Positions 43,966 through 58,677 of a DNA stretch of 64,000 nt are shown here, piece by piece. This stretch comes from Octopus vulgaris (Eukaryota). A model generated the notes under the pieces. The model saw only the letters and a list, made by a program, of their open reading frames with translations. It made no database searches and was not told where the DNA came from. Every line of letters begins with the position of its first letter. Within the stretch, counting starts at the first letter, position 1. The position numbers were made by a program, and so were the translations under genes. The DNA is taken from the NCBI GenBank assembly GCA_951406725.2, contig OX597828.1:248001-312000 (forward strand). The letters are read 5' to 3'.

Positions 43966-44370
43966 ATTATTATCATTTTCTTCTCTCCCATCTCAACTAG
44001 TGTCGCCAGCCTTTCTTACTAATTATCTCCCTTGTTGACTACCTCTCTTCATACTCGTTTGCCCGTCGTATCTTTTATACTTCCAAAATACAATAACAGC
44101 ATTTTTTCTCATCCAGCACCTTCAAGATTTCCTTCCCATCTCATATTTCTCTCTCTCTCTTTGTTTCTTTCTTCTCCATTTTTTCTTTTTGTCAACAAAA
44201 ACTAATACAACTAATTACACTTCAACGTAGAACTTGCTTACTCACGTTTACCTTACGTTGCTGGTGGGGTGGGGAGTATCCCCACTTCGTATATGCGTGT
44301 ATGTGAGTGTGTATATGGATATATATATATGTCATATAATAAATACATATACATGCATATCTATGTGTGC

Positions 44371-44421
<51 letters not shown>

Positions 44422-44911
44422 CGTGGTGTGTATGTATCTATATATGTGTAAGTATGTGTCCGTGTTTACACGTGTAAGTGTTTGTGTGTGTATCTTTGGA
44501 TTGCGCATTCTTCAATGTTGATATTTGAGGTGGGTTAAGGAAACAGGTTTAAAATAAAGATTTATTTTTTAAAAAAGGCCAAAGAGGATAGAGAAAGAAA
44601 GGGTTGGTGATAATATTTAGAGTGAGATGTAGATAGAGAGATCGACAGAGAGACAGGCAGAGACAAGAAAAGCAGCAAATTGGAAAAAGGAAAAGAAATA
44701 ATGAAAGTTGATTTTTAATTCAACACTCCAAAAAGAATACATAGATTATCCCTCTGTACACGCACACTATATTTGTGTGCATGTGTTAATGCGTGTGTGT
44801 ATGTGTATCTGTGTGTGTGTGTGTGTTTATACACACACACGTACATATGAATATATATATAAATGTGTGCTTTACTCATCATCCACTTATATATTTTGCA
44901 TAATTTCTCCA

Positions 44912-44957
<46 letters not shown>

Positions 44958-45049
44958 TTATATAAGCATATATACCTATACATGTATATTCAACGGAATC
45001 TCAATTATTTTCTATACATTTATATGCATATATGTGTGTATGTATGTAT

Positions 45050-45081
<32 letters not shown>

Positions 45082-45243
45082 GGCGCAGGAGTGGCTGTGG
45101 GGTAAGTAGCTTGCTTACCAACAACATGGTTCCGGGTTCAGTACCAGTTGCGTGGCACCTTGGGCAGGTGTCTTCTACTATAGCCTCGGGCCGACCAAAG
45201 CCTTTGAGTGGATTTGGCAGACGGAAACTAAAAGAAGCCCGTC

Positions 45244-45294
<51 letters not shown>

Positions 45295-45447
45295 TGTGTT
45301 TGTTCCCGTAACTTAACGGTTCGGCAAAAGAGACCGATAGAATAAATAGTAGGCTTCCAAAGAATAAGTCCTGGGTGTCGATTTGCTCGACTAAAAGGCG
45401 GTGCTCCAGCATGGCTGCAGTCAAATGACTGACACAAGTAAAAGAAT
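45082..45447 (+). mobile_element. tRNA-derived SINE (family B), full-length
   Basis: tRNA-like head (tggctgtggggtaag...ggttccgggttcagt), central (TG)n, and tail ggcggtgctccagcatggctgcagtcaaatgactga. Partial copies at about 15595, 28300(-), 29450(-), 41792(-), 42563(-), 59560(-) and 60865(-). Confidence 0.88.
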
Positions 45448-46518
45448 AACAGAAAAAAGAATAAAAGAATATATGTATATTATATAAATGTGTGCGTATT
45501 TGCTTATGTCCTCATTACCAGGCAGAAAAGAACAGAAAATCTTCAAATTTCCCACTTCCAAGGCAAACAGAATCAACCAACAACGTTTTCTCCTCGATTC
45601 CATTCCTTCTCTTCATTCGGTTCACTTTACCTGAACATTGTTGCCTGAACTTTCCATCTTTAATTCATGCCATCAGCAGAACATGCAATTAAATAGCGCC
45701 TAATTAGTCTATAATGATGTTGTTTTTGTTGTTGTTGTAGGTGTTGTTGTTGTAGTTGTTGGCGGTGGTGCTGTGTTTGTGGGATCAATTTCTTGTTATT
45801 TATAGCTCATCGAAAAGACATGATAGTCGTTCCAGTCATGACCATCTCCATTTATGTATGTGTGTGTGTGTGTCATTTCCTTTACTCAGTAGAATATGAT
45901 TGGAAAAAGATATAACTGTTACTTTTAGAAGGCCAATCGACAAAATAGAGGTGGGCATATTCGGATCATTGGTGAAGGACGTCGTGAGCATTGGAGTTGA
46001 TGAATGAGGGCAAAGGAGAGTGATGCTGCGTAAGAGCTAGGGGATGGAATGTAGGGTAGAATGGGTGAAGGGGTCAGTATCAGGATTGAGGATTACATAA
46101 ATCGCAAATGGAGTAAGAATGAAATGTTACTAACAAGATATTCTTGGTTGGTTCTGGTTTTTGTAAAGTTTTAACACTGTTCACAAATACCTTTAATTGG
46201 TCATGAGTCAAAAAAGAGCACACACACAAACACATCTCACACATACTTGCATATATATGTGTATATAAACATATATAAACACACACACACATATATATAC
46301 ATACACACATACAGAGTTGGCCAAAATTCACCCGACAGTAAATCAACATTACATAAATAATTAATACTCAATTTCATTTATTCATTCCAATTATATATGC
46401 TTAATAATTGAATGCTGTGAGTTAAAAATCACAGTGGAAATGAGATACTAATGAGAGGAATGATAAAGCATACGCATACACACACACTTGTATATGTACA
46501 TACATATATGTACTAGGT

Positions 46519-46612
<94 letters not shown>

Positions 46613-47637
46613 TTTGTGTGCGTGTGTGTGTGTGATTGTGTTTATGCGCGCGTGTTCGTGTGAACAAAATTGCCCCAAAAACTTGGCGATCCGGGTTCCA
46701 AACCTGTTTTCTAATTTCTTTCACAACAAAATAACAAAAACAAAACGTCTCAATTGTTTTCGTGTGTTTGCAGATGTCCTCCTCTTCCTCCTCCTCCTCC
46801 TCCTCATCCTCATCCTCCTCCTTTTCCTTTTTTCTTGTTTTTTCCCCTTTGTTCTTGTTGTTCTTTTAGTTGTTCTCTTTTGCTTTTCTTAGTCACACTG
46901 TTGATGATAATGATAATTATGATGCTTTTTTCGCTTTTGATGTTGCTATTGTTGTTATTGTTATGCTGCCGTTGTGGAGACACAATTCACGCGGCATGCC
47001 ACATGCCCACCTCTTCTAAACTTTTTAAAAAACTTTTATCGACATCTTTGTCTCCTTGATTCCTCAGAGGAACCGATCGAGAAGCGAACCAAAGATTCTA
47101 TATATTGATTGATTGATTGATTGATTTCCCTCTAAGCACCACCACTACCGACGTCCCCATCACCAGCCCCACTACCACCAAGACCTCTACTAACTCTATG
47201 GCTACTTCCACTAAACTAACACCAACATCACCAACAAAGACTTTCTTTGAAAATTATATTCTTTGTTACCCACATTCACTTCCACCTTGAAAGTTGTGAT
47301 CTATTATGTTTGTCATGGAGCGGACATGTTCTAGAAATATCTGCGGATAATTGTCCTTGAGAAAATACTGGTTCATTTCTCTTTGCCATTGTTAGAAGAA
47401 TTGTTGCTGTTATAAAGGCGGCGGTTTGATAGAATCGTTAAGGCGTCGAGAAAAATACTTTACGGTATTTCTTCAGAGTCTTTATGTTCTGAGTTCAAAT
47501 AGTGACGTGATCAATCAACGTCACATTTCATTTCTCCAAGTTTGATTGGAATAAAATACAAAATGAATATTGAAGATCGATACTATTGGCAAATGAAACC
47601 GCTCAAAATGGCTGGCTGTCCTTGTGACGAAATTAAA

Positions 47638-47677
<40 letters not shown>

Positions 47678-47899
47678 TGGCTTTCACAAAAAAGGAAAAT
47701 CAGAGGAGTATCTGTTGGTTTTAGAAGTTTTACAAAGAACATCAGATTAGAAAAGAAAATAATCAGCGGGAAAGGTGCATCGAAGAGGCAGCACAGACGA
47801 CGCGCTAGCGGCGAGAATCACCTTTTCTTCAACACCAAACATGAAGGTTGGGTTGTCCGTGCTAAAGTATATGCGCCGAAACAGCATAAAAGCACAAAA

Positions 47900-48300
47900 A
47901 CGGGTCTGTCCACCTTCATCCAGTGTCCGTACATTAGTATCTTGTGGACTTGGTTCGTGTGGGGCGAACCCGGCTCTCCATTGAATCTAAGTGTAGGTCG
48001 ATGTGCTGCCTTCCTTTAACAGGAAAGAGAGGCTTGATGGCGGTGGCGAAAGAGATTGTTTGGTGGAGTCGTCTCAAAGTTTTGAAGACAGGTATTTTCT
48101 AATCTGGGCAAGGCCTCAAGTACTATTTGAGGAGGAATGTGAAGGTGGAGAGGGAGGCACTGCCTTCTAGTGTGCTTATTGAAAGGTGGATGCGAGAGGC
48201 AATACTAGTGAGCCTGAATAAACCTACTCTGAGTAAGGTAGAAACTGGAGGAGGGATCATTCGATGCCTTGTAGTCGGCAGAATAAACCGGAATATTCAG
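47900..48300 (+). mobile_element. Old degraded Tx1-like LINE 3' fragment
   Basis: YYLRRNVKVEREALPSSVLIERWMREAILVSLNKPTLS aligns with YHLKRKVRVERQVLSSECLKKRWVNVARMARMNDEATLS from the 16769 element. Confidence 0.7.
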
Positions 48301-48675
48301 TGCGGTACTTTCCCCAAATAACCTCACTCTTAATGGAATGTTTTCCCTTTCTGGTTGATTTTTTTTTTATTTCTTAATTCTATTTTTATAATTTTCGCTA
48401 TATTTATTGCTGTTGATTTTCCTTTGATCATTTTCGTGTGTTGTATATCGTGTTTTGGTATTGTCCTCAATGCATTCGGCATTTCGTCCTTGCGATGCAA
48501 TAAGCTGTATATGCATTTCACTGAAAAGTATTCAATAAAATTGCAGTTTATAACACGCTTTCCCATTCAGTTAAACCAATAATATTTTTATGTGAGAGCG
48601 ATATGGCTGCCTCACCTTCTCACTTATTCTTAGCCGTTTTCTATATGATTCACAACTATTGCATATATATACACA

Positions 48676-48765
<90 letters not shown>

Positions 48766-48871
48766 ATTTATTACATTTAAAATTAATTTATTTTATGATT
48801 TATAATGTTAAAAGACATTATACGTACATACACACACACAAACACATGCATCTATACATCTTTAAATATAT

Positions 48872-48923
<52 letters not shown>

Positions 48924-49870
48924 CAGAGAGAGAGGGGAAGAGATAATGTGTGTGTACATATGTGAGAGTAGGAAGGTTCAAGTTTTAATTAACTGCTCCA
49001 GCTGAACATGTGTGTGTGTGTGTGTGTAAGTGTGTGTGTGTGTGTGCCTGTATATCTGTATTTATGCATAGATATGTATAATACATTTGAGATACATGCT
49101 CATGGATAGAAAGACATCCAGCAAGGCACAGAGAGAAACATCAGGTAGGTATATAAGTAGGCAGGCAGGCAGATAGATAGATATCACTCCATTATCTATT
49201 GCGCCCTCGTTGTAGGGAGTAGATCTTCAAATTTTGTAGCCTGCCCCAGTATCTCTTCTGTTGCACTGAAGCAGTCTTCTAAGTATAACAGTGCTGGATT
49301 GCCTGGAACTCCGCTGTTAGACTGAAGCCTTGTGGCGACCATAATTAGGAGCAGTGGTCCTAATAAAAGAGAATAAATGTTTTCGACAGGAACAACGTTG
49401 TTTCATGTTTTCTGCTTTTTTTTCTCTTATTGATCTCAGACTCCGATCAACCTAATCTCTTGCTCACTGTTACCCATGTTAATAGAATGCATTCAGGATG
49501 CTGCATCATTACTCAGGTGGATTCCCACGCACTGACCATTTCCCACTGTGACTCCAGGATCGCACCAATATTCCTTCATTTTGTGCAGTCTTACTTCAAA
49601 CCGGAGCGCTTGGAAATGCTCAGCATTTATGCGTGTGTGTGTAATGCATTTAGATACTATAAATCACGTGGAATAATAGATGTTTATTCTATAGAAAAGA
49701 ACCAACAATGAAGGAGAGGGTGAGGCAGTCATGCTGCACTCACATAAAAAATATTAACGGCTTCATTGAATGGAAACACTTATTATTAACTGCAATTTTA
49801 TCGAGTTCTTTGCTCCGCAAAGCACATAGAACTCTATTTGTCACAAGGACGCAATAACAATAACGAAAGC

Positions 49871-49920
<50 letters not shown>

Positions 49921-50133
49921 CAACAATAATTTTAATGTTTTTTGTTCTGACAAAGCGGCAAGGCCACAGATATGTCATATATGGGCAGGGTCGTCTATAA
50001 CTCTCTTAAACATCATAAAAACCTAGTTCTGTTACCTACAGTTCTGTCACATAAAACGTTGTATCTATCACATCTGGATCCTGTCCAACCCGAATAACGG
50101 CTCTGCTCAAGCTTCCTGTATACTATACAACAC

Positions 50134-50190
<57 letters not shown>

Positions 50191-51107
50191 TAACTAACTA
50201 ACTCCTTCTCTTTCCTTCTCCTTGCCCTTTTTATTTTTATTGCCTTCTTGTCTTTCCACATATATGCGCATGTGGCTAGATATATAAATATACATATATA
50301 CATAAATATATTTATGTATTTATGTATATCTTAAAAGGCAGATTTTCTCTGCCTGTTACCATGTTCGTTTTTAATACAATTCTACAATATAGAATTTCTT
50401 CAATTGGAATTTACCTATGATTTTTCGAAGTAGATTCGATTGGGTCATGACATATAAAGTTTTTTCAATTTGACCCCCAATTAAGCCAAATTTCGAGAAA
50501 AGTAGATATTTTACGATTTGCCTCTCTAATTTCAACTGCTTCACTCCTGCTATTACCATACTTTCTCTTTGCAAGTGTACCTTAAACCACTACTCAAAAA
50601 AGATACAGAGCAAACAGAAACAAATAAATACATAACGATTTACTCCTCACACAATTTCTTCAATTGGAATTTACCTATGATTTTTCGAAGTACATTCTAT
50701 TCGGTCATGGCATAATTGGGGGTCAACCCCAATTAAGCAAAAATTCGAGAAAACTCAATATTTTACGATTTCCCTCTCTCACTTCAAAGACTTTACTCCG
50801 CCTATTACCACACTTTCTCCCACTTTCTCTTTACACACATAGACACGCAAACATATACATATATGACAGTTTGCAAGCGTACTTCAGTTGTCAATTGTTG
50901 AAAGAAAATTGTAAACTAAGAAGGTGTGTGAGTGCGTGCGTGTGTGTGTGTCTGTGTGTGTGTGAGTGTGTGTGTGTGTGTGTGTGTAGGTAGTGAAGGA
51001 TAAAAATATGGCAAGAAGTGGACAGATGTACATATATACATACATAAATCCATACATACATACATGTGTGTGTGTGTGTATGTATGTGTATTAATGTGTG
51101 TGTGTTA

Positions 51108-51557
51108 TCTCTCTCTATATAAAGCTGAAGTTGTCTGTGTGCGCCAGGTTTGGTAGCCTTCAACTAACACTATCTCCTCCGAGACCCTGCGGCGCAAGTT
51201 GATCAAAATTGAGAGTATGATAGAAGGGTTGCTCTTCCTTCCGTAGAAGATAAAATTCAAATCGGACCATGTTAACACCAAAAATTATTTACATCAAAAA
51301 GGTGCTTTTTTTCTATGAAAATCCCTATTTTTTACGATTTTTTCACTGCTGTGTCGCCACTTTTCGGTGTATTTCAACCAGAAAAATATTCACACAATTG
51401 TGTGAGGAGTAAATCGTTATGTATTTATTTGTTTCTGTTTGCTCTGTATCTTTTTTGAGTAGTGGTTTAAGCTACATAATGCAAAATTTTTACTTTTCAA
51501 AAATTCCAATTCCAGCGGGTCGAAACAAACCCGAGCAACGCCGGGCGCTACTGCTAG
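51108..51557 (+). mobile_element. Non-autonomous Helitron-like element
   Basis: A|TC 5' end, 3' hairpin cccgagcaacgccggg about 10 nt before CTAG|T, no TSD or TIR. Confidence 0.7.
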
Positions 51558-51581
51558 TATATCTATATGTGTGTGCGTGAA

Positions 51582-51895
51582 GGCGCCTGGCTCAGTGGTT
51601 GCGATTTTTGGCTCACGATCGTAAGGTCGTGAGTTCAATTCCCGGCGATGCGTTGTGTTCTTGAGCAAGACACTTTATTTCACATTACTCCAGTCCACTC
51701 AGCTGGCAAAAATGAGTTGTACTTGTATTTCAAAGGGCCAGCCTTGTCACACTCTGAGGCACGCTGAATCTCCCTGAGAACTACGTTAAGAGTACACGTG
51801 TCCGTGGAGTGCTCAGCAACTTAACTTCACGAGCAGGCTATTCCGGTGATCGCATCAACTGTGGCTCTCGTCGCCATAACCGACGGAGTGCTCTC
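51582..51895 (+). mobile_element. tRNA-derived SINE (family C)
   Basis: A-box tggctcagtgg, B-box gagttcaattcc, core cttgagcaagacacttt...gtccactcagct. Relatives at about 24958-25200(+) and 53540-53660(-). Confidence 0.8.
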
Positions 51896-52869
51896 ATATA
51901 TTTTTTTAATGCACTACATAATCACTAAATTACATAGGAGATAAACCCTAAGTAGGGATGGGAGAACATTAAGCCTTTAGAAGTGTTCATGCGAGAGACA
52001 TCCGATAGAGGTCAGAGGATAGAGACTTCTGGTACAGGTGGTGGGGTTGGGAAGGGCAGCTGCATCGTGAAACAGCAAAAACTCAAGGAGAATATTATGA
52101 GAGTAATGAGATAGAATTGGGCATTTGAAATTCTTAACTAGAACTTTCGGTCAAGAGTTTTCGGTCAGCCAATTTGTGACAAAATTAGATGAATGAATGA
52201 ATAAGTGACAATAATAAATGAGCGTGAAAGAGAGGGAGAGTTGGATCGAGCGAAGGGATCTTAAGTATTTTTTTTTAACATACAGCGTGGAAGACGAAAC
52301 TGTGTTTACATAGATAATGAAATAGATAGAATAATGAAATGAACAATTAAGGTAATTATGATTTGCGCCGAAAAAAAAAGAGTTTTAGATGTACCTGGTT
52401 AAAAAACAAGATTGCTTATCTGAACATCTTCTGATTTTCTACTCCTTTTGGCAAGGTGTTATACATATATATAAACATATGTGTGTGTCTGTGAGTGCGT
52501 GTCTGGGCGCTTGGGTGGGTGGGTGTTTAGGTGTGAGGCTGAATGTTTTTTATATTTTTATGAACCCTTAATAGTTCTGTGTGGAAAAATTAACGTTCTC
52601 CAGGCCGCTGAAGCTTCCTAAGCATTGCAGTCTTATCTTGATGATGAAGAAGTTGTTGCTATAATTGTTTACGGTGGTGTACATGACTAAAGATTGTAGG
52701 AGGCAAGAAACATGGGGGAACCATGATGTGTTAATGATGTCATTATTTCACTTTTGTTTGTTGATACGCTCAGTTATCTCTCCGGTGGCTGCATCGATTC
52801 TGTCTTAACTATTAATAAACTATCACGCACCCCCATACACATACACACACACACACACACATACATACC

Positions 52870-52907
<38 letters not shown>

Positions 52908-53470
52908 GCGTGTCTCTATGTTTAAGTATATATAAAGCAATGTATATATTCATGTATGAGTGTTTGCATATATGTACGTATATATCTCTCCTGTTTGTAA
53001 AAATTTTAATTCCTACCCTGAAGAACAGGTTGGCTTCTAAAAAAGACACGAAGCTCCATCCTTCGAATACAGATAAGGAAAACAATGTCATTTTCTAAAC
53101 CTGAGAAAAATCTTGCATAGCTTTACTGTTCCGCTTACAGATTGTAGCTGTAATGTGCGAGTCAGTTGATTTCTTTTTCTGAAAAGTTTATCCAGACTGA
53201 CAGTTTGACATTTATTTACAAGACCAAGTTCTCCAATCATAATTCGTATAACTGTAAACTTGGAATTCGGATATAGAGGCTGGAGGTTTCGAAGCAGTAG
53301 GCCATATTTATCTTCTTTCTCTTATATTGTTATATTCAATAATAAATTATCTACATGTCTGTACAAATGTAGATTTTCTTTCACCTGAGGACGTAGCTTA
53401 ATTTCTACATTTGTCTTAAAAGAGTTTTGCATTAACGCAGACATGTAAATAATTCATTTATTTTCATCAT

Positions 53471-54391
53471 AAATTTTCATCATAATATTTCTGTCATTTA
53501 TAACTTAAGAATATATATATATTTTTTTTCTTAAGTTTGTCACACGAATGAACTGAAATAACCTGATATGAAGTGTTTTGCTCAAGGACACAACCCATCA
53601 CCAGGAATCGAAACCACAATCTCACAATCATGAAAGCCATTCCGTAACCGCTAAGCCATGAGCATACGTGTACACGTACATATAAACATATGAAATAACC
53701 CATGAAACCATTAATCTTTAATAAATATAATAATATAAACTATCTTTACAAGCTTTAATTTACGAAACAATTTCTCGTGATATTTAAATTTTGTTATAGT
53801 TAAATAAATTTTCATCATAATATTTCTGTCATTTATAACTTAAGAATATATATATTTTTTTTTCTTAAGTTTGTCACACGAATGAACTGAAATAACCTGA
53901 TATGAAGTGTTTTGCTCAAGGACACAACCTCACCAGGAATCGAAACCACAATCTCACAATCATGAAAGCCATTCCGTAACCGCTAAGCCATGAGCATACG
54001 TGTAACGTACATATAAACATATGAAATAACCCATGAAACCATTAATCTTTAATAAATATAATAATATAAACTATCTTTACAAGCTTTAATTTACGAAACA
54101 ATTTCTCGTGATATTTAAATTTTGTTATAGTTAAATAAATTTTCATCATAATATTTCTGTCATTTATAACTTAAGAATATATATATATTTTTTTTCTTAA
54201 GTTTGTCACACGAATGAACTGAAATAACCTGATATGAAGTGTTTTGCTCAAGGACACAACCCATCACCAGGAATCGAAACCACAATCTCACAATCATGAA
54301 AGCCATTCCGTAACCGCTAAGCCATGAGCATACGTGTACACGTACATATAAACATATGAAATAACCCATGAAACCATTAATCTTTAATAAA
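53471..54391. repeat. Tandem triplication, about 333-bp unit (2.8 copies)
   Basis: Units start at 53471, 53806 and 54137. Identical ORF-track entries occur 666 bp apart. The unit contains a minus-strand SINE head. Confidence 0.93.
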
Positions 54392-54609
54392 TTTATTTGC
54401 CTTTAACGACTCTAATACTCGTAAATGATCCCATTCTAATTGAGCTGTTTCTCCTTTCTGGGGAAAATATTCTCTTTGTCTAACCTTATGGCCAACAATA
54501 TATCGAAACTGAATCGAACGTCTCTTAAATATAATTCCAGTAATGTTATTCATGAAAATATTTCGATTTTCCTGGAATAAAGCTTCAGAATAATATATGA
54601 CTAATCAAA

Positions 54610-54842
54610 GACGGTGAGCTGGCAGAACCGTTAGCACGCCGGGCGAAATGCTTAGCGGTATTTCGTCTGCCGTTACGTTCTGAGTTCAAATTCCGCCGAG
54701 GTCGACTTTGCCTTTCATCCTTTCGGGGTCGATAAATTAAGTACCAGTTACGCACTGGGGTCGATATAATCGACTTAATCCGTTTGTCTGTCCTTGTTTG
54801 TCCTCTCTGTGTTTTACCCCGTGTGGGTAGTAAAGAAATAGG
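54610..54842 (+). mobile_element. tRNA-derived SINE (family A), full-length, followed by a partial tandem copy
   Basis: Near-identical to 15157-15389. Confidence 0.88.
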
Positions 54843-56752
54843 TATTTCGTCTGATTTACGTTCTGAGTTCAAATTCTGTCAAGGTCGCCTTTGCCTTTCG
54901 GGGTCGATAAATTAAGTACTAGTGGCGTAATGGGGTCGATCTAATGGACTGGCCCGCTCCCCAAAAAGTTTAGGACTTGTACCTAGACCTAGAGCAGAAA
55001 AGAATAAATGACTAAATAGGCAAGCCAACCTTTCCCCAAATATTTCGGGATTTTTTTTTTCCAAACAGAATTCAAGTAACGTTTTACAAGCATCGAAGGG
55101 AGTTACGGTGGTGCTGTTGGTAGTGGTGACGGTGATGGTGGTGGCAGGAGAGAAATTTGGGGGTATCAGCGGTGGCGAAGGCAATTGTGTCGATAGTGGT
55201 GATGAAGGTGGTGATGTTTGTAGTGTTGGTGATAGTGGTGTTGTCGGCGGCGTTGGAGATGGTAGTGGTTGTGATAGCGGTGGTGGTGGTGGTGGCAGCA
55301 GCAAGGATGACGTTGGTGCTTGTGATGTCAGTGGTGGTGGTAGTGGTGTCACTGGCGGTTATCAAGGTAGTCATGCTAAAGATGGTGGTGGTTGTGGTGG
55401 TAGTTGAATTGGTGGTGAGGATTGTGGTGGTGATGGATCAAGGTCGAGCAAAAACTATGTGGTTGGGCTCCAGCCGCGCCCTGGTCCCTTGTTGGCTCGC
55501 AACTCTAGTGTCTACATTTATGTGTGTCTCTGGGTGTGTAATAATTATGGGAACTTTTTAAGGACAGGTTGGTTTGTCTCGGTTTTATATTATTTTCCGG
55601 TTTACATGAGAATATATACACAATAACCTGACTGGAATTATATCTTGGTCAATAAGGTCAGACACACAAGATATGTTATTCCTGAAAAGACAAGCAACTA
55701 TCCTCCTCCTCTCCCTCCTCCTCCTCCTCCTCCTCCTCATCATCATCATCATAATAAAGGGTCGATTTGCAGAATCGTTAGTGTGCTGAGCATAATGCTT
55801 AACGGCATTTCGTCCGTCGCTACATTCTGAGTTCAAATTTCGCCGAGGTCGATTTTACCTTTCATCTTTTCGGGGTCGATAAATTAAGTACCAGTCAAGT
55901 ACTGGGGTCGATGTGATCGACTTACCCCTCTCCCCAAATTTCAGACCTTATGCTTACATTAGGAAGGATTATTATAATTATCATTTAAGACGTCGCACAA
56001 TATTCAATACCGTTATGTTGCTAATTGAAGATGTTGTGTCATTGGATGTGTCTGGTTTTTCATGTTTTGTGTGCGTTCCTCTTTGTGTGTCTGGCTCTGC
56101 ATTGTTCGGTCGGCTCTTCGATCCAATATTGGAGCCAACAAAATAAATTAATTCAATGGCTTACATTTCTGACTAACAAGATATTTTTCCTTTCATGAAA
56201 AATATTCATTATAAAAGAAGGGCTTTTTTCAATGTCACCTAATTTTGTCACAGTATGGAATAGAGAAAATATATAATTCTCATCCTCGAACAAGTGACTG
56301 AGAATTCTTCATTGACTTCAATTGAAAATAGTGCGTAACTGGTAATAGCTTTTGTTGTTCTCTGGTATTTTCACGCAGTTTTCTTTGGCTCACTTAAATA
56401 TTACGCACTTTAGTTCACTTTCAGACGAAACAATGACGAACTTTCTGTTTCACAAACTCCTCTTCCGCCTGTTATATTGAAAGAATGAGCAGCCTTCAAA
56501 TCTGTCACACATTGTTAGTCGCTCTAATTTATCTCTTACCGCGATCTCTCGTATACTTTGTCAGTCTACCGTTCTCTCTCTCTCTCTCTTTCTCTCTCAC
56601 TCTCTCTCTCTCTCTCTCTCTACCTATCACTTTCCTACACACACCCTCTCTCACTCATTCACTAACTCGCTGTAATATATATGTGTATATGTGTGTATGT
56701 GCTTGTTTTAGTATGTATGTATGGATGTATGACTACATGCATATGCATAGAC

Positions 56753-56812
<60 letters not shown>

Positions 56813-56842
56813 GTAGAGAGATAGGTAGATAGACAGACAGAC

Positions 56843-56920
<78 letters not shown>

Positions 56921-57034
56921 ACAGACAGATATGTGATTCGTGTCACATAAAGATGCATTAAATTAATAGAAGATATGATACTTATATCAAAAGGGGAACG
57001 GAAATTCAAGATTGTAAAACAGACTACAAAGTAG

Positions 57035-57086
<52 letters not shown>

Positions 57087-57153
57087 GTGTGTGCGTGTGT
57101 GTGTATGTGTGTATGTATGTATGTATATATATATATGTATGTATATATGTATC

Positions 57154-57210
<57 letters not shown>

Positions 57211-57226
57211 GTGTGTATATATATAT

Positions 57227-57370
<144 letters not shown>

Positions 57371-57409
57371 ATATTTTTTATTTTATTTTTTATTTTTTAT
57401 TTTATCTAG

Positions 57410-57973
57410 TTTCATCTCACGAGCTGCGGCCATGCTGGGGCACCGTCATTTGGTGATGCTACATGATTTTACTTCACGAATGCTTTCAGCAATTGCCATT
57501 TGGTGAATGAGAGAGTTCGATGCAGCTGCCCTCATCTGCACCTCCTGTCGTGAAGTTGGTTCATCTGGGACACCTGACAGGAAGAGATCCAGTTTTATTT
57601 TAAAGACATCTGCATCGACCCCATGCAGGGCTCTCAGGTTCTTCGAGAGGATATTGAAGAGCTGTGGGTCTCTGAAGCCCAGGCTATCTTGGTATCTTGT
57701 CCTACATCTTGATGGCAATTTTGGAGTCCTTGGCACTGAAGAACCTGAGAGTCCTGCATGGGGTGGATGCAGATGTCTTTAAAATAAAACTGGATCTCTT
57801 CCTGTCAGGTGTCCCAGATGAACCAACTTCACGGCAGGAGGTGAAGATGAGGGCAGCTGTATCGAACTCTCTCATGCACCAAATGGCAGTTGCTAAAAAG
57901 CATTCGTGAAGTAAAATCATGTAGCAACACCAAATGGCGGTGCCTCAGCATGGCCACAACTCGTGATCTGAAA
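57410..57973. mobile_element. Head-to-head pair of CR1/L2-group LINE 3' ends forming an inverted repeat
   Basis: The minus copy (57410-57736) and plus copy (57738-57973) both encode KNLRxLHGVDADVFKIKLDLFLSGVPDEP...AAxSNSL and share the same 3' tail. Confidence 0.88.
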
Positions 57974-57974
57974 T

Positions 57975-58015
57975 ATATATATGTATATATGTGTGTGTAT
58001 ATATATATATATGTA

Positions 58016-58080
<65 letters not shown>

Positions 58081-58328
58081 GTGAAATTATGTATAAATAT
58101 ATATATGCATGTATATATGTATATATATATATGTATATATGTATATATATATATATATATGTATGTATATATATATGTATATATATATATGTATGTATGT
58201 ATATGTATGTATAAATATATGTATATATATATATATATATAATATATATGTATAAATATATGTATGTATATATATATATGTAGGTGTGTATAAATATATG
58301 TATATATATATGTATGTATAAATATATG

Positions 58329-58363
<35 letters not shown>

Positions 58364-58508
58364 AAATATATGTATATATATTTATATGTATGTATATATA
58401 TATATATGTATGTATATATATATATGTATATATATGTATGTGTATATATGTATGTGTATATATATGTATGTATATATATGTGTATATATATATGCATGTA
58501 TATATATG

Positions 58509-58539
<31 letters not shown>

Positions 58540-58643
58540 GTATGTATATATATATATGTATGTATATATGTATGTATTATGTATGTATATATGTATGTAT
58601 ATATATATGTATGTATATATGTGTGCATGTATATATGTCTGTA

Positions 58644-58677
<34 letters not shown>

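Noticed and set aside
51582-51655. tRNA-like sequence
   Set aside because: It continues into a SINE body and lacks a proper acceptor stem. It is a SINE head, not a tRNA gene.
53343-53456. Imperfect hairpin containing CTGAGGA
   Set aside because: No GAAA or stem III. Too degraded to assign to the ribozyme-bearing inserts.
54912-55561. Gly-, Pro-, Thr- and Val-rich ORFs on both strands
   Set aside because: Degenerate (GGT)n/(GTG)n trinucleotide low-complexity tract.
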